Shown in pieces: positions 53,501 through 64,000 of a DNA stretch of 64,000 nucleotides; the stretch's first letter is position 1; each line of letters opens with the position of its first letter. The translations under genes and the position numbers were made by a program. A model generated the notes under the pieces. That model was not told the origin of the DNA. It saw only the letters and a list, made by a program, of their open reading frames with translations, and made no database searches. The DNA is from Nemertoderma westbladi (lineage: Eukaryota > Animalia > Xenacoelomorpha): positions 103,317 through 167,316 of the forward strand of contig JAUCBJ010003650.1 in assembly GCA_032718475.1 (NCBI GenBank), in the 5' to 3' direction.

Positions 53501-56500
53501 AATCAACCCTATGAGGTGTGAGTCAGGAAATGTATGGAAATTTACAAGAAATTTTTCCGGAAATTTCCTATTTTATTAATTTATTATTATAAAGTTTACT
53601 ATTTCTTTCACAATTTAATACATCCTGCTATTTTGCCATTTTAAGCACATTCTGAAAACACAAAGTAGAGTAAACACAAGGAACAAGTGATTACTGCGTA
53701 GTTGGGTTGAGGTTGTACGTTGTCTTGGCTCTTGTGGTCGTAACTTCGGGTGAAGTATACTTTTCCAGAAATTTCCTTTAAAAAAACATATTTCCGGAAA
53801 ACTCACATCCCTAAACCTAACCTAACCTAACCTAACCTAACCTAACCTAACCTAACCTAACCTAACCTAACCTAACCTAACCTAACCTAACCTAACCTAA
53901 CCTAACCTAACCACACACTAACCATAACCACAATGACATTAAGCAGCCTATCGATACTAGTCCGTTTGAATGTTGTCTGTCCACTGTTCTGCATTAGTTT
54001 AGTATCTGGGCCGGCGAATAGGACCAGCCCGTAGCACCATGGGGTGTTCCTAAGAATGCACCCCCTCAGCAGCAGTTTGTCGTTGTCCAACGAGTAGGTT
54101 TCATCCTCCCAAGACAACCTCCCCTCGAATTTATCCAAAACGTTGTTCGGGGCCTCGCAATTTATAAGCCCTGAAAATATGAAAAAAAACAAATATGTTT
54201 AAACAAACAACAGTTTCACAGAAAACATTGATAGACGATATATATATATATATAATTCTTTAATAAAAAGCATATTTTTGCATGCTGAAATGGATGCACA
54301 AACTAATAAAATAGACATACAGTAAAATATCGATATGCATCGAAAACTAAAATAATTAATGATATGTGTATCGCTTCAAATTTGGTTCATATAGAGTATT
54401 TAACCAGAGCTTTAAGAGTTACAGGTGATCTAATATACATAAAATCGTCAAGTTGCGCAACACCATAGGCGGACATTGTAGCTCTTAACAAAGTCGATTG
54501 ATCTAGTCTAAGAACACAATCTAGTAGAAAATGCGATTCGGATTCAGGCTCACCACATAAACAGGCACAATCATCAATGTCACCATATCTGCTTCTCATA
54601 AGAGCCAGGTTGCCCTGACCGAGCACCAAACCGAGAATGAAGGATTCATGAGCTCTACCACAGGATAGATTTATGGGTGTAAGTGACGGCAGCTGGTTTG
54701 TTTTGATCAGAGAATCGTTCAAATTGAGAGACTTTTTCCATACATCCTGTGTATACATTTTCATTTGTCCTTGAGTGTAGTGCAATTGCCGTGAGTCTAT
54801 ATTCTCGATTTCAATTAAACGACTAGATCTCTCATTGTTTAACCAAGCAATATATGTTTTCACATCGTTCAAGTGTGAGGCAAAACTGTTTTTTAAGGAC
54901 AGTTCGGAAATCGCTTTCAACGACATTGTAATGTCTTCCGATCTCGACAATGATTTCAACAGATATTTGGACCTGATTACCTGACAAAATATTTCGGGAG
55001 GCGGAATGCCACATATCACTTCTAGTTTATTTCTGTGAGGGTTATATAAAGCACCAACAGATTGTTTTAGCATTATGCCCCATAGATCATTAAGAATTTT
55101 TATGGCTTCCCGATTCATCCATACTGGTGATGCATACAATAGTCTTGGTAGTAGTACCGACTGTATTAGCTTTGTTGCTGCTAGTAGGTTTATTCCGCTG
55201 GATGGCTTCACAAATTTACTTATGAGATCCCAAATACTCCAGAATTTTTGCAATAGTGACCTGAGATGAAATTCAAAGGACATATTAGAGTCAAAAATGA
55301 TTCCAAGAATTTTGGTCTCATGAATATAGCTACATACACTATTCCCCATGACTATTTTAGGTAAGGCATCATAGTCAATGTGAGGCATGTTTATTATCAC
55401 AATGTCTGTCTTTTCTCCATTAGTTTTTAGTCGCCATTTTGTACACCATGTACTAAATTGGCTACAGTCTGTTTGAACTTGACTTAGGCAGACTAACAGG
55501 GCCTCCATTGATTGATCACATCCTCTATAATTAGAGCTATCATCTGCGTATTTGTATTGCGACAACAACTCTACAATGTAGAAACAGAAAAAGTCCATTG
55601 AAAGGACACGTCCTTGAGCTAACCCGATTTCAACATCTAGACAAAACGTTTCTGATTTGTAGTCATTAACAACTATTTCTATATTACGGTGTTTTAATAT
55701 GGTTGTGATGCATTTCAGAATTTTCCCCCTAATACCGGCATTATATAGTTTATAGAGGAGTCCGTTTATCCATATAGAATCAAAAGCCTTCTCTACATCT
55801 ATAGTAGTTAAAACACCTGATCTACCATTTGATGTATCTTCTTTTATCATACTTGTTAATTTATATAGGTAGTCTACTGTGCTCGAGTTAGGTTTGCAGA
55901 ATTGTGATTTGTCGCAGTGTGGTCCAACTAAATCTTGAATTCTATGTTTAATCAACCGTTCAAAAAGTTTACCAAAATATGACGATATAGAGATAGGTCG
56001 GTATGAACCTGGGAATTTGTAATCTCTTTTACCTGCTTTTTTGATAAACTTAATCATATTCAATGGCAGACGAATAGCGGTATATATTATACGGTATATA
56101 TTTTAACCTCTTTACTCACCGTCAAACCGCCCCATGGCGTCCACCCATCCCCCAACTCTGTCCTCTTTACTCACCGTCAAACCGCCCCATGGCGTCCACC
56201 CGATCTCCCAACTCTGCCCTCTTTACTCACCGTCAAACAGCCCCATGGCGTCCACCCATCCCCCAACTCTGTCCTCTTTACTCACCGTTAAACCGCCCCA
56301 TGGCGTCCACCCGATCTCCCACCTCTGCCCTCTTTACTCACCGTCAAACCGCCCCGTGGCGTCCACCCGATCTCCCACCTCTGCCCTCTTTACTCACCGT
56401 CAAACCGCCCCATGGCGTCCACCCGATCTCCCAACTCTGCCCTCTTTACTCACCGTCAAACCGCCCCATGGCGTCCACCCGATCTCCCAACTCTGCCCTC

Positions 56501-59500
56501 TTTACTCACCGTCAAACCGCCCCATGGCGTCCACACGATCTCCCACCTCTGCCCTCTTTACTCACCGTCAAACCGCCCCATGGCGTCCACCCGATCCCCC
56601 AACTCTGCCCTCTTTACTCACCGTCAAACCGCCCCATGGCGTCCACACGATCTCCCACCTCTGCCCTCTTTACTCACCGTCAAACCGCCCCGTGGCGTCC
56701 ACCCGATCTCCCACCTCTGCCCTCTTTACTCACCGTCAAACCGCCCCATGGCGTCCACCCGATCCCCCAACTCTGCCCTCTTTACTCACCGTCAAACCGC
56801 CCCGTGGCGTCCACCCGATCCCCCAACTCTGTCCTCTTTACTCACCGTTAAACCGCCCCATGGCGTCCACCCGATCTCCCACCTCTGCCCTCTTTACTCA
56901 CCGTCAAACCGCCCCGTGGCGTCCACCCGATCTCCCACCTCTGCCCTCTTTACTCACCGTCAAACCGCCCCATGGCGTCCACCCGATCTCCCAACTCTGC
57001 CCTCTTTACTCACCGTCAAACCGCCCCATGGCGTCCACCCGACCCCCCAACTCTGCCCTCTTTACTCACCGTCAAACAGCCCCATGGCGTCCACCCGATC
57101 TCCCAACTCTGCCCTCTTTACTCACCGTCAAACAGCCCCATGGCGTCCACCCATCCCCCAACTCTGTCCTCTTTACTCACCGTTAAACCGCCCCATGGCG
57201 TCCACCCGATCTCCCACCTCTGCCCTCTTTACTCACCGTCAAACCGCCCCGTGGCGTCCACCCGATCTCCCACCTCTGCCCTCTTTACTCACCGTCAAAC
57301 CGCCCCATGGCGTCCACCCGATCTCCCAACTCTGCCCTCTTTACTCACCGTCAAACCGCCCCATGGCGTCCACCCGATCTCCCACCTCTGCCCTCTTTAC
57401 TCTCCGTCAAACCGCCCCATGGCGTCCACCCGATCTCCCAACTCTGCCCTCTTTACTCACCGTCAAACCGCCCCATGGCGTCCACACGATCTCCCAACTC
57501 TGCCCTCTTTACTCACCGTCAAACCGCCCCATGGCGTCCACACGATCTCCCAACTCTGCCCTCTTTACTCACCGTCAAACCGCCCCATGGCGTCCACACG
57601 ATCTCCCAACTCTGCCCTCTTTACTCACCGTCAAACCGCCCCATGGCGTCCACACGATCTCCCAACTCTGCCCTCTTTACTCACCGTCAAACCGCCCCAT
57701 GGCGTCCACCCGATCTCCCACCTCTGCCCTCTTTACTCACCGTCAAACCGCCCCATGGCGTCCACCCGATCTCCCAACTCTGCCCGCTTTACTCACCGTC
57801 AAACCGCCCCATGGCGTCCACACGATCTCCCACCTCTGTCCTCTTTACTCACCGTCAAACCGCGCCATATGGCGTCCACCCGATCTCCCAACTCTGCCCT
57901 CTTTACTCACCGTCAAACCGCCCCATGGCGTCCACACGATCTCCCAACTCTGCCCTCTTTACTCACCGTCAAACCGCCCCGTGGCGTCCACCCGATCTCC
58001 CACCTCTGCCCTCTTTACTCACCGTCAAACCGCCCCATGGCGTCCACCCGATCTCCCAACTCTGCCCTCTTTACTCACCGTCAAACCGCCCCATGGCGTC
58101 CACACGACCTCCCACCTCTGTCCTCTTTACTCACCGTCAAACCGCGCCATATGGCGTCCACCCGATCTCCCACCTCTGCCCTCTTTACTCACCGTCAAAC
58201 CGCCCCATGGCGTCCACACGATCTCCCAACTCTGCCCTCTTTACTCACCGTCAAACCGCCCCATGGCGTCCACCCGATCTCCCAACTCTGCCCTCTTTAC
58301 TCACCGTCAAACCGCCCCATAGCGTCCACCCGACCTCCCACCTCTGCCCTCTTTACTCACCGTCAAACCGCCCCATGGCGTCCACCCGATCTCCCAACTC
58401 TGCCCTCTTTACTCACTGTCAAACCGCGCCATATGGCGTCCACCCGATCTCCCAACTCTGCCCTCTTTACTCACCGTCAAACCGCCCCATGGCGTCCACA
58501 CGATCTCCCAACTCTGCCCTCTTTACTCACCGTCAAACCGCCCCATGGCGTCCACACGATCTCCCACCTCTGCCCTCTTTACTCACCGTCAAACCGCCCC
58601 ATGGCGTCCACCCGATCTCCCACCTCTGCCCTCTTTACTCACCGTCAAACCGCCCCATGGCGTCCACCCGATCTCCCACCTCTGCCCTCTTTACTCACCG
58701 CCAAACCGCCCCATGGCGCCCACCCGACCTCCCAACTCTGCCCTCTTTACTCACCGTCAAACCGCCCCATGGCGTCCACCCGATCTCCCAACTCTGCCCT
58801 CTTTACTCACCGTCAAACCGCCCCATGGCGTCCACCCGATCTCCCACCTCTGCCCTCTTTACTCACCGTCAAACCGCCCCATGGCGTCCACCCGATCTCC
58901 CAACTCTGCCCTCTTTACTCACCGTCAAACCGCCCCATGGCGTCCACACGATCTCCCACCTCTGCCCTCTTTACTCACCGTCAAACCGCCCCATGGCGTC
59001 CACACGATCTCCCACCTCTGCCCTCTTTACTCACCGTCAAACCGCCCCATGGCGTCCACCCGATCTCCCAACTCTGCCCTCTTTACTCACCGTCAAACCG
59101 CCCCATGGCGTCCACACGATCTCCCAACTCTGCCCTCTTTACTCACCGTCAAACCGCCCCATGGCGTCCACCCGATCTCCCAACTCTGCCGTCTCTACCA
59201 GCGCTTGTTTACACTTTAGATTGGTCTCGCCGTCCAATTCAGCTGTTTCAATGTAACACAGACTGTGTGGTTCGCTGGTAGACAGTAACAGAAGATCGGC
59301 AGCTACGAACTGGTTGTTTTGCATCTTTATTATATCACCAACCTGAACATTCCGCCATTTCTCTTCTTTGAGCCTAAAAGCACAAAACCCAGGTAAATCA
59401 GCACAAAAAAAAACAAGAAAAAAATACTGTAAACAAGTATTTTCACGCCATCATCTAGTAGTTATCCAAAACCATTATTGAAATACCGACTTGGAAAGCA

Positions 59501-59850
59501 ATGTGTATATCATAGCGGTATATACTACGTTAGACAAAGGACTCACCATCCATTCCTAAGGACCTCTGTTGGTCTGTTATTCACAACGTTGTCACTCTGA
59601 TGACGTTTCTAAATAAATGAAATATTAAATAAATATTAAATTTCACGTTTTACTCATTTTGGCATCACTCGAGCCAAACTTTTGGAATTTGTACAAAACA
59701 AAAATAAATAATTTCCCGAAGAGTAATTATTTAATTATTTAATTAACACACCTTGTCGTCCAGAGCATCTTTCACGGCAGTAAAACAGAGAACCGCTGCT
59801 AAGGGAACAATAGTGGTCACTGGCGTCAGAGACGATATTTGTGGAATAAG
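35535..59850 (-). CDS. ATP8B: Phospholipid-transporting P4-ATPase (ATP8B-like flippase), multi-exon, N-terminal exons not found in window
   Basis: GT-AG exons traced in frame: 59850-59752, 59608-59547, 59373-59147, 54170-53923, 53284-53088, 52692-52544, 52209-52106, 51733-51575, 51296-51207, 50923-50696, 50512-50276, 49233-49108, 45535-45409, 44451-44257, 44143-43951, 43038-42924, 42224-42123, 41574-41422, 40858-40728, 40161-39996, 35873-35535. Motifs [68 protein letters not shown] and GYAYSH. Confidence 0.95.
35995..36436. mobile_element. MITE-like palindromic element
   Basis: caatattttctgggaaccatcccaatagattcaaaattcga versus tcggattttgaattaattgggatggtttccacaaaatattg, plus an inner inverted pair (tccaattgacatgaaattttagacc / ggtctaaaatttcatggcaattgga). 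Confidence 0.6.
36855..38958. repeat. Intronic 21-bp GC-rich minisatellite (ctagctaccacggtcccccag) with 15-bp variants and higher-order blocks
   Basis: Directly visible. A ~574-bp block is duplicated (37388-37947 and 37962 onward). Confidence 0.95.
40372..40588. mobile_element. Inverted pair of tRNA-derived SINE-like heads
   Basis: Plus copy has A-box TAGCTCAGTCG and B-box GGTTCGAGCC (40493-40585). A partial reverse-complement copy lies at 40372-40420. Confidence 0.55.
43748..43818 (-). mobile_element. tRNA-like SINE or pseudo-tRNA remnant
   Basis: Minus strand has TGGTGTAGTGG A-box and GGTTCGATCC B-box; the anticodon arm is degenerate. Confidence 0.4.
45525..49030 (-). repeat. Intronic 28-bp tandem array (~125 copies) made of the ATP8B acceptor plus the first exon bases
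   Basis: Minus unit ACTTGTTTATACTTTATAG+(G/T)AAGTCAG(C/T). The last copy is the true acceptor tttatag|GAAGTCAGCACT (EVSTSL) at 45536/45535. Confidence 0.96.
49300..50180. repeat. Intronic 20-bp minisatellite (tgggttgaccgagtggtaca), ~44 copies
   Basis: Directly visible; fills most of the 49234-50275 intron. Confidence 0.95.
53816..53912 (-). repeat. (TTAGG)~19 telomere-like microsatellite just after an ATP8B splice donor
   Basis: Perfect (cctaa)n run. Minus strand reads ATG|gttagtgtgtgg(ttagg)n. Confidence 0.95.
54387..56063 (-). mobile_element. 5'-truncated LINE reverse transcriptase ORF, sense orientation within an ATP8B intron
   Basis: 558-aa ORF with [38 protein letters not shown] and a C-terminal C-x-C...H...C zinc knuckle. 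Small internal deletions suggest decay. Confidence 0.9.
56108..59190 (-). repeat. Intronic 56-bp tandem array (~55 copies) made of the last 44 nt of an ATP8B exon plus the donor GTGAGTAAAGAG
   Basis: Minus unit GGCAGAGTTGGGAGATCGGGTGGACGCCATGGGGCGGTTTGACG|GTGAGTAAAGAG. The first copy is the true exon end [14 protein letters not shown](G). Confidence 0.97.
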
Positions 59851-59949
59851 CTAAACAGATAAACAAAAATGAGTAAAAATTTAGAGAAACTGTAACTATA
59901 GAGGAACACTCAATAGTTACTGCAATAAACTTATAGAGAGAGGAATATA

Positions 59950-60930
59950 GGGTTCATATTGCTTGAAATTTGTAACACAACTAGGTCAACTCACCGTCCA
60001 CACGGAGCCTGATTTTCGACTTTGCCTTTACATTTTTATAGGTTTTTATAAGTCACTTACTCACTATGTTAGGTGGGAGGCCAGCAGATTGGATTTTAAG
60101 AACTGGGCCTTACTAATGTTTTATAGGTTAATAATAATGAATGACATTTATGGGCTGTGATTACTCTGATTATCAGACTGTAAGCAAAGCTGTTCAATGA
60201 GGAGGAAGCTACCTACACTACGTTTGTCTATGGACGCTCTTCTTATAGCCAGCTTGCTGTCTTTTCTAGTTATTATAAAATGTGTCTTAAATTGCGAAAT
60301 TTTTCTTCGAATCGCGGCCATTATTTACATTAACCCCGATGGTTATGTATAATTTGAAAGCTGAAAGCGTATGTTACAAGGATTCCAAATATGTAACAAC
60401 AATCTCGGAGTATAGCCGTTCAAATATAGCCGTTCAAAGATTGCAAGAATTATTATATTTTATCTATTTGTATGGAATTAATTTCACACTACCAAATCGC
60501 CAGGGCGACATATTTTCCAGCTTTATATCGCAGTGTGCCATTATTTCTCAGTATGACCCTACACGCCATACATTTACTATGTACACCATGACCCGTAATA
60601 TATTGTCATTTTCTGATGACACGGACACGCCCCCAAATTTTTCTACAAATCTTTATCATATTGCTTGAAATTTGAAACACAACTAGTTCAACTCACCGTT
60701 GTTGACCCCATGAAGCAGGAATTTTCGATTTTGCCTTTAAATTTGTTTTATAAGCGTTTTAAAAATAAAGAAATCACACCATCCGTATCGTCGCCATTCT
60801 TCACTTTAGTCGTAATTTTTTCACATCAATAGAAAGCTTGCGTTGAAAGGATTCCAAATATGTAACAATATCTGAATGTCGTTGAGAAACAGATGAGATA
60901 TAGGCGTTTAAAGATTGCAAAAATTATTGT
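59950..60930. repeat. Degenerate direct repeats, probable transposon remnant
   Basis: catattgcttgaaatttg.aacacaactag.tcaactcaccgt at ~59955 and ~60657. aaggattccaaatatgtaacaa...aaagattgcaa at ~60378 and ~60848. Confidence 0.5.
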
Positions 60931-61249
60931 TCGCTGCAGGCCATTTATTCTATTTAATAAATACACAATATTCTGGAACGTGTTATTTATTTTATGAGTT
61001 GGTTGGCAACAGCGGAATGCCTATACAATATCTATATTGCGTAGCTAATCATACATAAACAAATTGTTCCAGAATATTGTGTCCAATTCCAATTTTGTTT
61101 TCCGCCACTGTAAAAATTAAGAATATTTATTTTTACGTAGTTCCTCTAATTTTTCTGTATATTAATTATCCGCTGTAAATTGAATAATTGATAATTTAAA
61201 ATTATTAAGGAACAAGTTTAACACACTAAACAGCAATCTGAAAAATAAT

Positions 61250-63690
61250 TACATTAAATCAAAATTCGCTGAGGCCTCAAATAGCAAAACATGTTGGCAA
61301 ATAATAAACAAAATCCTGAACAGAAATAAAAACTTACGAAATATATGCAGCTTAAAACATCTTGGAAAACTAATAACTGAAAAGAAACAAATTGTAGATA
61401 TTTTGAACAGCACGTATATAAATATAGGAAATTTCTATAAGGACGCGCCAATATCAAGTCAAGGCAACAATAAATTAAATGTCAAAGACGTTCACAAGTT
61501 TTCATTTACGGGGGTAACAGAACTCGAAGTTTTTGAAATAATTAATAAACTAAATAAAAATAAATCTAGTGGGCCTTCGAACATACCAACAGAAATATTT
61601 AAACAGTTAAAAGCCGACATAGTTATTCCACTAACATACATATTAAATCAGTGCCTAACGAAATCAAAATTTCCAGATAAACTGAAAATAGTCAACATAA
61701 AACCAATTTATAAAAAAGGCGATGCTCTTCACCCAGAGAATTATAGACCAGTAGCTGTAACATCACCAATTGCGAAGGTATTACAAAGGTGAATATATAG
61801 CGGTGGCATTTTTGGATCTCAGCAAGGCATTTAATTCCATAAATAGACAAGTTTTAATAGATAGACTACCAACTAGGGTTTCACACCACAGCAACATCGC
61901 TCATACAAAATTATTTACATAACCGGAAACAATGGGTAAGCATGGGTCAAACAAAATCCGATTGGTTAGTAGAAACTAGGGGAGTACCACAAGGAACTAT
62001 TTTGGGCAGCCTACTATTCACACTATATATAAATGACATTCACCACGCCACACAAAATACAACGGACATATTGCAATACGCAGACGACACAGTATTATAT
62101 ACAACACATAAGGACCCCGTAGAGGCAACAAAAATACTAGAAGCTGAAATTGACACAATAAATAAAACGTTTCAAGATCGCCATTTAAAATTAAACCCTT
62201 CAAAAACTGAATTTTTACTCTTATCACCAAAACAACAACAAACAAATATCACGAATACTCATACACAAATTCATCTTCACGTGGGGCAGGCAGATCCAAT
62301 AGACCAATCACTATCAGTTAAATATTTAGGTGTACAAATAGATAACCAATTGCAATGGAAAGAATATATAGATAAAATGACTCAAAATATGGCACTCTCA
62401 CATTACCATACCACAACTACTGTTCACAATTACTTATACCATTACATGGCAAGCACGGGCACAAGGAAAAACTATATAAAATTGAAAAATTACAAAATTA
62501 TGCACTCCGAACAATATATGGCAAACGCATTAGAGACACCACAGGCACTGAACTACGTAAGAAAGCACAAATCCCTTTGCTGTCAGCCTTACGCGAATAT
62601 GTCGGACTACAATTTCTATATAAATACATTAACAATATAACACAACCGTTCTCAACTCTCGACCTACCATTCCTAAATCGAGCAGTCATAAAAATAAATC
62701 CACGCACTAACAACATAAACATTCCACACACAAAAAACGGTTGTGTACAAAACACAGACCCACCCCAGGTACAAAACACAGACCCCCCAGGTACAAAACA
62801 CAGACCCCCCCAGGTACAAAACACAGACCCCCCCAGGTACAAAACACAGACCCCCCCAGGTACAAAACACAGACCCCCCCAGGTACAAAACACAGACCCC
62901 CCCAGGTACAAAACACAGACCCCCCCAGGTACAAAACACAGACCCCCCCAGGTACAAAACACAGACCCCCCCAGGTACAAAACACAGACCCCCCCAGGTA
63001 CAAAACACAGACCCCCCCAGGTACAAAACACAGACCCCCCCAGGTACAAAACACAGACCCCCCCAGGTACAAAACACAGACCCCCCCAGGTACAAAACAC
63101 AGACCCCCCCAGGTACAAAACACAGACCCCCCCAGGTACAAAACACAGACCCCCCCAGGTACAAAACACAGACCCCCCCAGGTACAAAACACAGACCCCC
63201 CCAGGTACAAAACACAGACCCCCCCCCCCCCCCAGGTACAAAACACAGACCCCCCCAGGTACAAAACACAGACCCCCCCCCCCAGGTACAAAACACAGAC
63301 CCCACAGAGGGGGGGGGGGGGGGGTGTGTCTGGGTGTAACTAACTAACCACTAACAATGCCAGCTCACGGCTGTACTGTACGGTAGGTAGTCAGGCAGTG
63401 TCAAGAGTTACACCCAGACACCCCCCCCCCCCTTTGTGGGGTCTGTGTTTTGTACCTGGGGGGGTCTGTGTTTTGTACTGGGGGGTCTGTGTTTTGTACC
63501 TGGGGGTCTGGGGTCTTGGGTCTGTGTTTTGTACACAACCCACAAAAAACAGATACGGGCACGAAAGTATTACGGTAAATCTTATTAATTTATGGAACAC
63601 ATTACCGGTTCACGTGACAAGTTCAAAATCACTCCAAATTTTTAAAAATCAATTGAAAACAATATTCCATGTAAAATTTGAGCGGAGCGA
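61250..63690 (+). mobile_element. Degenerate LINE (CR1/L2-like) reverse transcriptase, interrupted by a foldback element
   Basis: KSSGPSNI, NYRPVAV, FLDLSKAFNSI, GVPQGTILG, LQYADD, VKYLGVQID and LWNTLP...FKNQLK across frameshifts and stops. Confidence 0.9.
62739..63540. mobile_element. Foldback/Mutator-like non-autonomous element with subterminal ~23-bp arrays
   Basis: TIR GGTTGTGTACAAAACACAGACC / GGTCTGTGTTTTGTACACAACC. 10-bp TSD cacaaaaaac on both sides. Removing the element restores the LINE text NIPHTKN|RYGHES. Confidence 0.9.
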
Positions 63691-64000
63691 GGTGACATAA
63701 TTAGTAATATATAATAAAATGAACACGAACCGCAAAATAAACACAAAATTCAAAATAAAAAAACCTGCACCCCCAACAAATGAATGTTTAATAACAAACT
63801 ATCTTTAACAATTACCTACCTATTGATTACGTTTATTGTGCTGTGTAGTGTACTACCGTTTAGTTAGGAATTATTAGATACAGTAGCTTATATGTATATT
63901 TAGTTAGAAACATGCATCATAGATACATGCCGCCCTGTGACACTTATTCAGTCAATTATCAGTAGGTACCTCGTGTACAAACTGCCTCATGTATGTTTTG

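Noticed and set aside
56134-59281. Long Pro-rich plus-strand ORFs (up to 769 aa)
   Set aside because: Antisense translation of the stop-free 56-bp array, open in all three frames.
62498-63347. Six-frame repetitive ORFs
   Set aside because: These come from the subterminal repeats of the foldback element.

Overview
Animal (metazoan) genomic DNA, AT-rich and repeat-rich. It holds four protein-coding genes: the 5' part of an NF-kB gene (minus strand, running off the left edge), a divergently transcribed single-exon FIBP gene, an intronless gene of a family I recall from prokaryotes and fungi (HGT candidate) in the middle of a degenerate ~7 kb inverted duplication, and a multi-exon P4-ATPase (ATP8B-like flippase; minus, 20 exons traced by eye, 5' end beyond them). 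There are also LINE fragments, tRNA-derived SINEs, MITE/foldback elements with clear TSDs and a minimal hammerhead ribozyme. The main observation is that three large intronic tandem arrays are amplifications of the host gene's own exon-intron junctions, so every unit carries splice sites. In NF-kB, more than 200 copies of a 67-nt unit each read as a complete GTGAGT...TTTAAC...TGTAG mini-intron joined AG|GT, resembling a recursive-splicing ladder. In the ATP8B gene, about 55 copies of exon end + donor and about 125 copies of acceptor + exon start fill two introns. All coordinates were read manually and may be off by a few bases.
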